Assembly: GCF_009914755.1 (NCBI RefSeq)
Contig: NC_060939.1
Length of the DNA: 64,000 bases
Strand: one strand, 5' to 3'
Source of the DNA: the human T2T-CHM13v2.0 reference genome, Homo sapiens
Shown here: piece by piece, positions 32,962 to 50,100 of the stretch
Layout of the letters: every line of letters begins with the position of its first letter
How positions within the stretch are numbered: the first letter of the stretch is position 1
Notes under the pieces: generated by a model
What the model was told of the DNA's origin: nothing
Databases searched by the model: none
The model's input: only the letters and a program-made list of their open reading frames with translations
Made by a program: the position numbers and the translations under genes

Positions 32962-34655
32962 CTCAAAAGGAAATAGACTTATGAACTAGCTATATAAATG
33001 TAATCTATAAAATAACAGTTTTCATCTATGATTCTTTAAAAAAAAATTTTAAGCCCTAACACTGAGGTTCTGATTTCCCAGGCAGGGCCCCAAATTTGTA
33101 GATTTTTAGCACACTCTAGAGGATTCTATGGTGGGACCAGAACAAGGACCCAAATTTTCCAGCTCTTGGCTGGACCCTCCCCATACCTTGCATGATCCCT
33201 AGACCATGGTCCCAGCTGGATGGGTCTCCCACAACCCCTGGGGCTGCAGCCGCTCACCTGTGGCAGCAGGAACTTGGCCCTCTCCAGTTTCCTTTTTAGC
33301 TCCTTCACGTTGAGCTGGATCTCAGACTTTTCAGATTCTGCAAGTGGAAGTTTTTCTTGTAGTTCGGCATTTTTCTTCTTCAGCTCCTCATTGGTTATGC
33401 TATGGCCCGAGGCAGTAGAGAAAGGAATGAACGAAGAACAGAAAGGACTGCTTTGGTGATCAACCCTCTACTCTCGCCCCACAAGCACAGAACCGTGGCA
33501 CTGGAAGGGACCCCAGGAATTAAAAGTCCCAGGTGGCAGGCCAGAGAGAAGACATGAGTTGCCTGAGGCTAACCCATGAGTCAGTGGCACAGCCGGCACT
33601 AGAGCTTCCCTGTGCACACATGTAAACCTGTATGACCCCCTACCATGCTCACCTGTACCCCCCACCTCCCAGCACACCACCCACGCTAAGGGCCCCCAGA
33701 CCTCCCATCCCACCTTCCCCCATCCTACGTGTTCCTGTACAGTTCCAGACTCAGGGCGTCCCTCTCCTTTGTTAACTCCTCGATGTACTGCAAATAGAGA
33801 AAGGTTAAGTCAGGACAGAGCAGGCAGAAGAGCAGCTGGCCGACCAGGAACAACAGCTACACTGATACTCCACAGTAACACTCCCTCACTCTCCATCACA
33901 CCCGACATGTTCTCAAGGCAATTCCAAGCCCATGGTCTCATTTGTTTTTCTTTTTTTTTTCTCCTTTTCTTCTTTTAGAGATGGAGTTTTGCTCTTGTTG
34001 CCCAGGCTGGAGTGCAATGGCGCAATCTCGCCCCATGACAACCTCCGCCTCCCGGGTTCAAGCAATTCTGCCTCAGCCTCCTAAGTAGCTGGGATTACAG
34101 GCGTGCGCTACCACACCTGGCTCTCACTTGTTTTTCAAAGAACTCAGTAAGGGTAGAAGGGACAGGGAAAGAGGTTGAATTGATAGCTGGCTAACAGGGG
34201 CCCAGAGCGATCAGATAATATTGTTATTGTTATTACTGTTATTACTACCACTGTTGGAACCTTTCTTGAGTGCTTCACCAGGCACTATGTTAACAATCCC
34301 ATTTAATCCTCACAACCTCCATAGGAGACGGTTACCATTATTACCTCTATTGTATAGATGCAAAACATGGGGTATTAAAAGTTAAATGGTTGCCTAAGAT
34401 CACTTTGACAGAGCTGGGATTTCAACACCCAGGTGTATCTGATTCTCTAAGCCCATTCTTTCCCTGGGGGTAGGGGCACAGATAAGAAGGAGGAAATTAA
34501 TCCTTTGTTGACTTTTTGAAAGAATGATACATTGGCATAGTCCAAAACTCAGAAGGTAGAGAAGGGAAATATCTACCCCACACACACTGTTCCTGTCTCC
34601 TGAGTTTTTTATGAATCCTTACAAATATGTTTTTATGTATGTTACCATAATACGT

Positions 34656-34687
<32 letters not shown>

Positions 34688-37600
34688 ACTTATGTGTGTT
34701 CCCTCTCTCTACACAAATGGTAACATACTAAAGATACTCTTCTGTACCTTCATGGTACAAATACCTTAACCCCTGCCTAGGACTTGGTCAAGGCCACAGC
34801 CAAGTATGGGCAGGGCAGGCTCTTGGCCTTGGAGCTCTGTGTCCAGTGCTCGCTCCCCACAGTGCCCCCCAACTCACCCACAGCAGCTGACTCAGCCCCA
34901 ACCTGCCTCTAATAACCACACACAAAAGCAGCAAGAAATGACCCATACTATCTTCTGGGCAGGACACTGCATCCTGCAGGAGGGACCTTTAGGCTCATTC
35001 CTCCATCTGCGAAGCTGGGATCCCAGGAGACTGGGGAGGTGATTGGACTTACCCTGTCTGCCTTCTTGTGCCGTGTGGACACAGCAGAGAGAGCCCGCTG
35101 TAACTCTCCTGCAAAGTGCCAGGAATGATGCAAGCGGCCGGCGAGATCCTTGGACTCTCCTGGAATGAGAGAGGTTGAGACACAGCCCAAAGGACTCCCC
35201 CTAAAGGCCTGTGAAAGTGCCAGGTTGAAGGATGATGGGGTGCCCAGGTTCCCATCTTCAAATTTCCTGGCAGCATCCTGGCTGTAATAGAGCGCTGTCT
35301 CCAGTTCAGTTTTCTGACACGTGAGAATTCGTATTGTATGATCCTGGGCCTTTGGGAGAAAAGACAAGCAAGTGCTGAAAGAGAAGCAAAAAAACCTTCT
35401 CCAGAGGACAGGAGGGAACTTCACACCCTCCACTCACCTCTATCTCCCGCCTTAGGGCTTCCTGATGTTGGTGGCTTGCCTTCTTTTCCTATAGAAAGAG
35501 GAAGACAGAGCTCTTACTAGGGGGAGGCAGAGATCCACAGCAAGAGACATGCCCCCAGAATGGCACCAATGCCCCAGGACAGGCGCACCCATGGGACCAG
35601 GTTATCAGGGACCCTGTGGGGATGGGGTGGAATCTTGGGGGTGAGCCTTCTTCCCCAAGCTGGGAGTAGGCGAGATGAGACGGGCCTCTACATCTGAGTG
35701 CCCTCCAAACCCAGCAGTCATGTCGTGAGCAAACAAATCACGTTACTTCTTTCAGCTGCGCTCGGTTCTGTTGTGTCTGTGGGGAGAGTCAAAGGAAGGT
35801 GACTGAGGGTGGCCCCCTGGACTCTATTCCCCAGGCCAGGAAGCGGTACGCAGGGGTCAGGAATGGATTTTAAAGGGCAACGTTCTCAGACCCAATGGGA
35901 ACATGAAGTGGTAAACTCTCAACTCCCAAAGAAGAGATTTGGGTCTTTGTTGGTTTTTGCCCTCAGCCACGGAACTGAAAGTCTGAAACTAGATTATCTC
36001 AAAAAGACAGTAACATAAACCTTCAGAGATGGAGTGTGAGAAAAGCCCACCCTTCTGCTAGCTTGTGATTTAGAAAGGTGCATTCATTCAACAAGCATTG
36101 AGCAAGCACATAGGGGCCGGGGACGGTTCTTCACTGCTGGGATATAGGACGGAAAAGGCAGACAGGAGCCCTTGGCCCCAAGGTTTCCATTCTAGTGAAT
36201 CTTTAAATCTCAGACTCTCAGAGCAAACAGAACCTCTGATACTCTAACTCTACCTCCTCAGGAAACGGAAGCCCAAAGAGGAGGGGAGCTTACAGCAGGC
36301 CCGGGACTAGGGATTAACACAAAAACAACAACAACAAATCTGATTTAAGCTTCACACATGTAAGTAAAACATTACCATCCCCATTTTACAGGTGTGAAAA
36401 GAGAGGCCCAAAGAACTCGAGCAATTTTCCCTAAACCGTGTCCCTAGTAGTTGGAGAGGTAGGACTCAAACCCAGAATTCTTAACCAGTACCCGGCAGTT
36501 CTTCCTTCCACAATCTTAACAGTTACCCTCGACCTCCCCTTGTGCTGTGCCCCTTGTCCTCAGGAGACCGGCCAGCCAAGACTCACATCCTCAGGCGAGT
36601 GGCAGCCCCCCGAAGTGGTTGTCTCAGGGTTAGTGCCATGATTTATTTTCTTCTTTTTGGTGTCAGTTGCTCCGGTACCAACACCAGCAATGTTCCACTG
36701 ACGATAGTCTGTAAACTGTGGAAAAGAGGAGCAGTGATACTCATGAGAACTACAAGCTCCTACAGTCACTTTACAGTTTATACAAAATACTCTCATAGAC
36801 GATCTGATTTAATGCCACCAACGACTGTACGAGGTGTTGTCGCAATCACTTAGTGACTGAGAGGGATTGATACCATGGCTAAAAAAAAGGCAATAATGGA
36901 ACTTAAACTCAGTCTTCTGATTCTGAGCTCTGGGGTTTTGCCACAAATCGCAGCTGCCAGGGGCCAAAACCAGAGGCAGAGGTAGAAAAGTAAAAAGTAG
37001 ACAGGAAAGTGTACACTGTTTCGTTTAGAGTCGTACATCCTCACACATCTGTTAGTGTGAAGAAGTGCACCACTACCTCTCAGACTTTTACATCAATGTA
37101 TCCTCAGGGCAGAAGGCAGCTTTTCTGTTAAATCTGGGAATTTAACAGAAAGAGGACAACCCAAGATTCATTTCAGTGAGAAGTCTGGTATACTTTTAGA
37201 AATCCGTGTGACTGTCATCCGTAAGAACATTAATGTTTTGTCTCTCTCAAGAGAATCAAGGGAAACTGATGCTTCAGAAAGATGCCCCATATTTATCCTG
37301 TGGCACTCAAAGTACCCCAGGTTGAGATGCGATGAGGAAGATTCAAGTTGTCAAGTTCAGTTTCCCAAGATCTATTCCACAGAAGATGAGCAAATCTCAC
37401 TTCAGAGATCACTGACTGATGGGCAATCTGGTCCCAGAACCATGGAGAATTCAAATATGAGGTGGAGAACTTAGAGAAAACTGTTAGTCTCTCTGGAGAG
37501 TAGAAGCCTGGGAGAAAACCAAACCAAACCCGTTCTCCCATTTCCACCAAGAGACAATGTCAACATTTTGAGTTCACAGGGGGAGGTGTAGGCTTTTCAA

Positions 37601-38456
37601 ACTGTCAATGTCTGTGTTAAGGGAGTAAGGCAGCCTGAAACTTCTCGCTGCTAGGTCACATGGTCCCTACTCCCCTTCCAGCTGGAAATCTGTGATGCAA
37701 CCAGAGGAAGCAGAAACAGGGTGAGAACACTTAGGGGACGGGTCCTAAGATCAAAGGCCAGTCTTGCAGCAGTAATGACAGTTCCTAGAGGGACTGTGAC
37801 ACCACTACATTTCACTCCTCTGTGGGGTGGTGGAGGGCCAGGGACACATCAGTGCTATGCCCAAGTTGCCTCTTTGAGGTTGGGGAGGGGTTTGCAGGGT
37901 TGGGACCCAGGTCCTTGGAGACGTGAGCCCAAAGAGCCCAGGGAGGTAGGGCTTGGGGCGACGGGAGGTGAGGGCCAAGTATGGAGCGGGGAGCCCCAGG
38001 AGTCACCTGCCCAAAGTCACCCTGGGGCGACTGGTGAGGGCAGGTGCTGGGACACACAGGTCCTTGGAGACACAATCCCAAAGGGCCCAGGGAGGTCAGT
38101 TTTGGGGTAATAGGAGGTGAGGGCGGAGTACGGAGTGGAGAGCCCCAGGGTTCACCGGCTCAGTCACCCTGGGGTCACTGGCAAGGGCCGGGGCAGGACT
38201 GCTGAGGGGGTGGGGCTGGCTGAGAAGATTTTGATTGGGGGAGCCCAGCGGCACTGGGGGGGACCCAGCCCAGTGTGCCTCTGGAATGGCATGGACTCTG
38301 GCAGATGTTCTGCCATGGGAGGGGGCCTGGGGCTGGGTTGGGGTTGGGGTGCCGCAACCCAGTGAGTTTTACCTTTTTCTTGGCCTCAGCCAATTTGTTC
38401 TGTCTGGTTTTTTCTGACATCATGGGGTGGGGAGGGAGGTGGGGTTGGGGCCACAT
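31135..38456 (-). CDS. GOLGA6L2: Golgin A6-like protein, eight coding exons, 872 aa predicted in this allele
   Basis: join(38456-38373, 36715-36587, 35776-35747, 35488-35438, 35349-35053, 33787-33729, 33399-33258, 32961-31135). All introns GT-AG and phase-consistent. GM130-like N-terminus MWPQPHLPPHPMMSEKTRQNKLAEAKKK and the ..MREQEDVETGGEAAGAG.. switch match GOLGA6L2 as recalled; GOLGA6L7 is the close alternative paralog. Confidence 0.85.
33258..33399 (-). CDS. GOLGA6L2: Exon 7
   Basis: 142 nt; ITNEELKKKNAELQEKLPLAESEKSEIQLNVKELKRKLERAKFLLPQ |gtgagc. Confidence 0.9.
33729..33787 (-). CDS. GOLGA6L2: Exon 6
   Basis: 59 nt; tttgcag| YIEELTKERDALSLELYRNT |gtagg. Confidence 0.9.
33945..34120 (-). 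mobile_element. Alu right arm in intron 5
   Basis: Consensus match to the right monomer only. Confidence 0.85.
34656..34690. repeat. (CA)n microsatellite
   Basis: Visible directly. Confidence 0.9.
35053..35349 (-). CDS. GOLGA6L2: Exon 5 (includes a 96-nt fossil intron)
   Basis: 297 nt; AQDHTIRILTCQKTELETALYYSQDAARKFEDG..ESKDLAGRL..KKADR |gtaagt. Confidence 0.9.
35438..35488 (-). CDS. GOLGA6L2: Exon 4
   Basis: 51 nt; ctatag| EKKASHQHQEALRREIE |gtgagt. Confidence 0.9.
35747..35776 (-). CDS. GOLGA6L2: Exon 3
   Basis: 30 nt; cccacag| TQQNRAQLKE |gtaacg. Confidence 0.88.
36587..36715 (-). CDS. GOLGA6L2: Exon 2
   Basis: 129 nt; ttccacag| FTDYRQWNIAGVGTGATDTKKKKINHGTNPETTTSGGCHSPED |gtgagt. Confidence 0.92.
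38373..38456 (-). CDS. GOLGA6L2: Exon 1, coding part
   Basis: 84 nt; ATG at 38456 (alternative ATGATG at 38423-38418); ..AKKK |gtaaaa. Confidence 0.9.
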
Positions 38457-38459
38457 CAG

Positions 38460-38760
38460 CGTGATTCAGACGAGGACAAGGATACACCTCCAGTCACGTA
38501 CCACGCAGCTATGTGACTGAGCCAGAGGAGGTGTAACCAGGGCTGCACTAGAATGCAGAATAGGGGCGTGGCCTTAATGCTTCAAGCCCATTGGTCAGTG
38601 AGAAAGATGAAAGGGAAAGGAGGCGGGGCCAGGCAGCCACGTGTCATGAAGGACCTGTGATGTCACAAGGAAAGCCGCCCATGCAACTGCTGTCCCCGCC
38701 CACTCCAGGAGAGGGGCGGGGCTGGCTTTCACTTTAAAAACTTTAAACCTTTATCACCTT
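38460..38760 (-). promoter_or_regulatory. Golgin gene proximal promoter
   Basis: GC boxes (~38563, ~38622, ~38695, ~38713), CCAAT on minus strand (ATTGG ~38590), E-box CACGTG 38638-38643, CRE-like TGATGTCA ~38658. Confidence 0.6.
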
Positions 38761-38970
38761 AATTGAGATACAAATCCTATTAAAATGGAAAATTTACAGC
38801 ATGCTTGATGATTAATAAAGCAGACTATATTATCCAACATTCCAGTAAGATAATCACAGTGATTTCTCTTTTTTGGAAAAAGTTTCTCTTATTCTCCTAC
38901 ATTATTGTTAAGTTTTTTTGAAAAAAAAAACAAGAAACATGTCTGATATCTTTAAAAACACAAAGCTTTT

Positions 38971-40711
<1,741 letters not shown>

Positions 40712-40979
40712 CTATAACCAATTTTATAAAGACTCGAATATCTCTCCCCTAGTTAAGCATATAACTCTATTATAATGCTACTTCCAAAGGAAAACCCAAT
40801 TAAACTTAAGAAAACCACTTCCATTTAATTAAAATGCCTTTTCCAGAAATTCAACCTGCTGTAAATATGAGGTTCTCTTATAAACTACAAAATCTTTCCT
40901 TTCTTATTTTAACTATCATGTATACATATATATGTAACATACATACATGTGTGTGCTTCTATATTCTATATATATGAGC

Positions 40980-42038
<1,059 letters not shown>

Positions 42039-42052
42039 TATTAATTTTCTTA

Positions 42053-42262
<210 letters not shown>

Positions 42263-43554
42263 TTAAAAAAATCATTGTATCACCCATGATCATCTCATTG
42301 ATTCTGAGATATTAAGATGAGTGTAAGAGACAAGAATTAGAAATAATTTCTTTTCTTTTTGAGTTGAACATTTTGTACTGCACATCACTCTACCTATTCC
42401 AATGCAGCAAATTAGGAAAGTCAAATTAGAAAGGCATCCTTCATTTTAAGCTAGATATCTTTGTATTTGATCTTTATCTCCATTGCTGTGTTGATTAGAG
42501 AGGTCTGAAATATCTTGTTCTTTATTTCTATAATAACAAGGATATATTCAGTGAATAAATAATAATGAGGATATATTCATTGAATTTATTCATTATGATA
42601 ATATGTCTACTTATGTCAGAGAGAAATTGTCAAAATATCTGGTGGAAGGAAGGAGAATCTTAGCTGTTTGTCCTTGTCTGCTCCTTGCTTGGAACTTGAT
42701 TGTAAAGGTAGAGCTCTCTGTCATTTACCAATAAGCCACACCCCTATCTTTACAAACTATCCTGTCAGTAGATGTTATTGCCACACAGAAGACCTGGAAA
42801 GATGTGGAAAAATTTATCCTCGTTTCCTACTATTTTCTGAAAAACAACTAATACTTAGGCTGAGGTTGCGGGGGTCAGGCCTTCATATGTGAAAGCAATC
42901 TACTAAAATATAAAGTCTGGGGAAACCTCAGACAGTACAGGGTTCAGTTTTGAAATCCGGTCACTGGCTATGAAAGCATGCTTTTCTTTTAAATACATCA
43001 AATCTTCTGTTAGAGTTTATCACGATTAGACAGTGTAATGTTTTCAACTTTTTAATGGTAATTTTCAACACTAATTTTTAAATTAGTTAATCTTAATTAT
43101 AAGAGATACAGTACACTAACTTGAATCTTTTTATGAACTCTGTAGACAAAAATCCCCAAATGTCTGTGATAAAATCCATACTCAGGTATTCTTATGTGGT
43201 AGAAATATTTCTCTTCCAATTTTTTGCCATGCTATGTCATGCTTCTCCCACAAGGACAATGGTTGCCCTGTGTGGGATTATTAAAGACCAGCAGCGTTCA
43301 TAGACTTGGGCAGGACATGGTGTAAAACTAAACAATTAGAATATATCATCTAGGTTATTTTAGTCATCTGTGCTGTAATCTGTCTTTGTCCTAAAATCTA
43401 ATAATTCTGAAGAAAAGCAAATAAAGATGACTCTTTCCAGAGTTATGAATACTGTTAAATACCTTTCAGCTTGCAAAACACTTGCATGTATATTTGTATG
43501 TATATAAGTGACATCTATCTGAAATTGTATTTGTGCCTTATGAGAACTCCATGA

Positions 43555-43891
<337 letters not shown>

Positions 43892-44789
43892 TGAGATGGG
43901 TATTATTAAGAAATTAAGATGTGGATTACCAGGGTAAGTCATATTTCAATGTGCAACCTCTGCAAGTCCACAGGGTGTGATATGGACATTAAGGAGATCT
44001 ATGGACGAATAGCGTATGATACCTTGACAAGTTGACAAAATGTAAAATAGTTGAATGGCCATAGAAAAAAACCAGCTTTTTAGCCCCATAGGCCGAGGGA
44101 TTCAGGAGGGCTGGCTACGGGCATTTTGGAATAGAAGATGTTGTACCAACAAATCAAGCTTAGGTTCCTGGCAATTTGCCCACATATAATATGTGAAAGT
44201 TCAGATGTGAAATAAATCTGCGGCTAATAGTAAGAACCTAGCCACAGGAGTTAAAACTTACGGTTCTGGGACCAGATGGACTGCCTTCTAATCTTAGTCT
44301 TACTACATTTTAGCAGTAAAACCTTCAGCAAGTTATTTAGCCTCCAGCATCTCAGTTTTCTCATCTGTAAAATGGTGATAATGCTACTCTTACATTGGGT
44401 TGTAGTAGGATAAAAGGAGAAAACGTATGTAAAGGATTTAGTAGAAACTTATTAAAATTAAACAATTATTATTTCTCAATTCTAAGATTCTAACCTGCAA
44501 AAGGCATAAGGCAGCTGCTGAGAACAGGGTGAGAAGATAGGGATTCGGTCAGGAAAAGTCTTGTTTCCCTGTTGCTGTTGGTGGTTTTGTTTGCTCATTT
44601 GTGTGTTTTTTTTATTAATCATTTTCACTTGTGTTTATTGACAAGCTTAATCAATAATGCCATTGACATTTAGTAAAAGTAAATTTCCTTAAGTGATCTC
44701 CCAGGTAGCAATGTTTATTCATTATGTGTGGAGTAGAGATAGGAATTATTTTATTGCTGCAAATATTTTATTATTGGTTTTTCAAGTTT

Positions 44790-45020
44790 TAAAAGTAATT
44801 TTAATTTTTTAATTTTTGTGAGTATATAGTAAGTGCACATATTTATGGGGTACATGAGATATTTTGATACAGGCATATGATGTGTAATAATCACATCAGG
44901 GTAAACAGGGTAAGCATCACCTCAAGCATTTGTCCTTTTTTGTATTACAAAGAATCTAATTATACTCTTTTAGTTATTTTTAAATGTACAATAAATTATT
45001 GTTGACTATAGTTTTGCCAC
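44790..45020 (-). mobile_element. L1MA-type 3' end
   Basis: ATATTTATGGGGTACATGAGATATTTTGATACAGGCAT..TGTACAATAAATTATTGTTGACTATAGT. Confidence 0.85.
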
Positions 45021-45193
45021 TGCAAACAATAGAAGGCTTCCTGATACAGCCTCCTAGTCATTGGAGTTCTATGGCAGAATTCCTAAAGTTTTTAAGTTTC
45101 ATGAGATGGCTAAATTTTGGTAAACATGATACTTTCTTTGAACAGATGCTACAGAGGCCAATATAAAGGAGTGTAACAGAGTGACACCTGTGA

Positions 45194-45560
<367 letters not shown>

Positions 45561-46258
45561 TGTGTGGCTCCTCTTATGTAATACTCTGCTTGGTCCATAT
45601 AAGCAGAGGTCAGAACTGGCTAAGAATTTCTTTATGTGTGTTTATCCTGATGTTTTCCTACTGTCACTTTTCTTTTCTTATGGATTAGCATTGAGGGAAT
45701 GGTCAGATGGTGCCTGCGTGAGTCTGATTGAAACATTTTAGCGGCGGGGTGCGGGGGTTGATGGCATGTGCAATAGTTTAGGATATTTGAGTTAGTGGCA
45801 GAATGTAGACATGAGGGTGAGTAGAGAGTGCGTAGCAGAGCAGGCAATTCAGGAATCTATGTTGGTTGTTTAATTACTTTTGTTTTGTGGACATTTTATT
45901 CTACCTGAAAAGATTATCTAGGAACTACAGAAATTAATGACGTGTAGTGGAAACTTTGCACAGTGTAAGTGTTATCCATTTACTTCTCTTAGTTTCCAAT
46001 ACAATGACTCTCCTGGTAGCTGTCATACATGATAAATATAATTTCGTTAATAAAATTATATTTTATATAATTGCGTACTTTAAACAAGTGATCAATATAA
46101 CTCAGTTATAAATGTACAGTAACAAAGATCAATGGATAATAAATACTTCTGCGTTCATTTTCATGGATACATTCTATTTTTGTTTGTCTCACAAGCAGTA
46201 ATCAGACTATGAATCATGATATAGCTCCATAAACACTTACTTTATAGCAATTCACTGA

Positions 46259-46646
<388 letters not shown>

Positions 46647-46868
46647 ATGTATGGCTTTTCATGTGTATGCCTGAGTGTTTAGGTTCATAGGTATGGTTTT
46701 AGGCAGAGTTTTGCTCATAATATGTGCAACTGCCACATGCCCATTTTAATATTAGCCTTCAAATAAATAAAGATTGCTTTGAATGAAACCCTATAATGAA
46801 AACTTAACAATTACGCTCACAGCTGACAGCTGTCACTGAATGTGGTGCATAAAGGTCCTCAAGCATTC

Positions 46869-47184
<316 letters not shown>

Positions 47185-50100
47185 TCAGTGCTCTTTTCAC
47201 CATGTGTTTGAGCTGAGCAGAGTTCATGTAGGCCTTACCTTTCTTTATGTCTATGGTGAAGCTGTGGGTTTAAAAACACTCTGGCAAAGAGTAAGTCCTC
47301 AAAGTTGCAGGCCATCCTATGGAGAGGCTCATGAGGAATAGCTGGCTTGACCCCCACTGTTGTGGTTTTCTCTGCTTTAAAATTATTACTTTTGATACAT
47401 GAAAACCATAATTTCTCCCTGTTTATAAAAAATAACTATAGCTGGAATATGTAAAATCTATCAAAATGATGCATTTAAAAACTAGTTTTGGCTAACTGAT
47501 GTAATTAGATTTTCAGGCTTTTCCAGATCCCGCTAAGTGAGGATGTAATGTGAACTAATAAAAATAAAGCCTGAGAAGCTTAATGGCATATGGCATATGG
47601 CAGGTCATTTTCATTGAAGAAAAAAAGGATGTTTTTACAGCATGTAAGAAAATGAAAGAAATCTGTTCGAAAAAATGGGCATTGGATCAGAAATTCAAGT
47701 TAAAATAATTTAAATCCAGATAATACAGGAATGCCTTCAAAGTTTAAAACCTGGGTTTAGGATTCTACATAGTCCCTGGTCCCTAATTTTCCTTGCTCTT
47801 CACCGCATTATATGCTTAAATACAGCTGCCACAAAGTATCAATTAAATTGCAATCCCATATAAAGCCCCAGAAAACCTTGATATATAGGGAAGTGAAGCT
47901 GGGGAAGCAGTTAAGGGTGGGATTGATGATTGATGAATTGAGAATACTGCAGTCAACAGGCTGGACGTATAGGATGTGGTATATCAAAGAGTGGGTGTTT
48001 AAAACACAACTGTTAGAGTTCATGAAATTATTGGAGATGGCACCGTTAATGTGTTAGGCTGAGTTTTGCAGTGGGAAAAAGTACCAGTGGAAGGTAGCTC
48101 CTATGTAAATCTCTAAATGCTACAAATGAAAGCTTCTCTGGGCCTATTCACCAGCACACCACTGCGTATATCTGAGAAGATGCTGGGGTTTGTGGGAGCT
48201 GTCTTCACTCTCAGTATCTTTGGATTATCCTTGGGCTGCAGCCTGAGGTATGGAAAAGAGTGGTCTTTAGAATCCCACCCCACCGACTTCCTCCCTGCAT
48301 GTTCATAGGAAAGAGCTAACTTCTTTGAGCCTCAGTTATAAAATCAGCTTTTTTTGAAGGAATTAGAAAGAAGTAATGTGTGTAATGTCATAGCACAGTG
48401 TCTAGCACATACAAGAACCTGAATGACAACGTCTGTTTCCTTTTAAACTGTGTTGGTGGGATGGGAAGAATAAAGCCAGATTTTTAGGAAGTTCTGGTAA
48501 AAGAACATAGGAAAATGTGTTTACCCATACCCTTTTAAGTGACCATTCCTAATAGCCCCAGATGGGTATATTTATTCTGTCTCATTTTTAAATCACGTGT
48601 GATGCAGAGGAAGCTGGTTCCCATCTATAGCACAGTGTTATCCAATAACACAGAGCAAGGATAAATGTAGTTAGAAGCAGAGAGAATATCAAACACTAAT
48701 GTAATTATCTCAAATGGAGTTTATGCAGTCAAAAGGTAAAATAATCTTTTAAGTGTGGTTAGATTCTTTAATGTTATGTCTCATCTGAAGAGATAAACTA
48801 TCTGAGAAAGGATAGAGCTTGAGTAACTTGAAACATTAAGCAACATTGAATTGAGGTAGCACTCAAAACTGAGAAAGCATTAATGACACATGACTGGCCT
48901 CTGTGACAGCAAGGCATGTACTTTTTCTTAAAATTTCATTTAGATGTACATTTATTAAACTGTCATTTAACTTTCTATCAACATATAATATACTTATACT
49001 AAGGAAAAAAAGGGTTTTCCTCCCTTGTAGACTTTTACAAGCTAACTAGACAGGAACATTAGATGACTTGGAATGTGGGGCTCCACAAATGAGATCCAAA
49101 CCTAGAGTCTTAGTTTCTTTAAAGAGTAATGGTCTTCACTTTCATTTTTGTGCAAACCTCTGGTTAATCTCCCAAATAAAACCTCAGTTGATATTAGAAA
49201 ACATCAAGTTATTCTACTGTTTTGTACTGTTTTACTAAGGATTAGAGGTCTATTGAATCTGGCATCATCGAAAAAGCTCTATTTCTTCAAGGCATTCCAG
49301 GTTCTTTGCAATCTGTTGGATTTTACCGAAGACGTCAGGAGAAGCATTACATGTCAGTGACAGCGGGTCTATGGAGAGCTATCTTCCCAGATATCCACAT
49401 GAGTAATTACTTAGATATTGCAAGCTAAACATGCTGTCTCTTCCCTACTACATTTCTGTTTACCCAAGTAAAGCTAGACACAGTGTTAGAATTAGACACA
49501 ATAATTCTAGAATTAGAATTGTTAAAATGATGTTAAATGTGAAATGTTATAGACATCGTTTTAAAAATTATTTCCTCCCCTCGAAACAACCATGTACTTT
49601 TTTAAGAGAATAAAACTGACTTACGCTTTTGAAGATTATGTTAGTTTTTATTTGTAAAGCAAAGAGATTGATGTTTGGATAAACAATGGATATCTTTGGT
49701 TAACTGATGTTTAGGTAAACTATAGATAACTCATTTATTAACTGAAAGTAATAAATGCAAACACATATGAGAAAGAAGCTCGATTGCAATGAAATTTATT
49801 ATGTAGCTACTGTGTTGAAGACGGATTTTGCAGCATTAATATGAAACTAGAAAAAAACTACTTTTTTATTTTTTGTGCTTTTTCACTTAAAACTACCTTA
49901 GTTGAAACTGCAAAATGATGACTTCATTCTTGGAGTAAGAATGTAATAGAGTAAAAATACATCTCTAGACTTGTAGTTACATATCTAGGCTTATACTTTT
50001 ACCATTTCTTAGATAAAAATTATAATTCTATTAAAACAGTTACTTGGGATTATATTTTAACTGCTGAAAATTACCAGAAAGTTACATAATCTACCTCAGA

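Noticed and set aside
30045-32966. 973-aa ORF as a stand-alone gene
   Set aside because: Its TTG start lies in the splice acceptor and it is off the spliced frame; kept only as the alternative frame leading to the GM130-like tail.
30170-32984. Plus-strand 280-458 aa repeat ORFs as genes
   Set aside because: Antisense shadows of the VNTR with no promoter or splice support.
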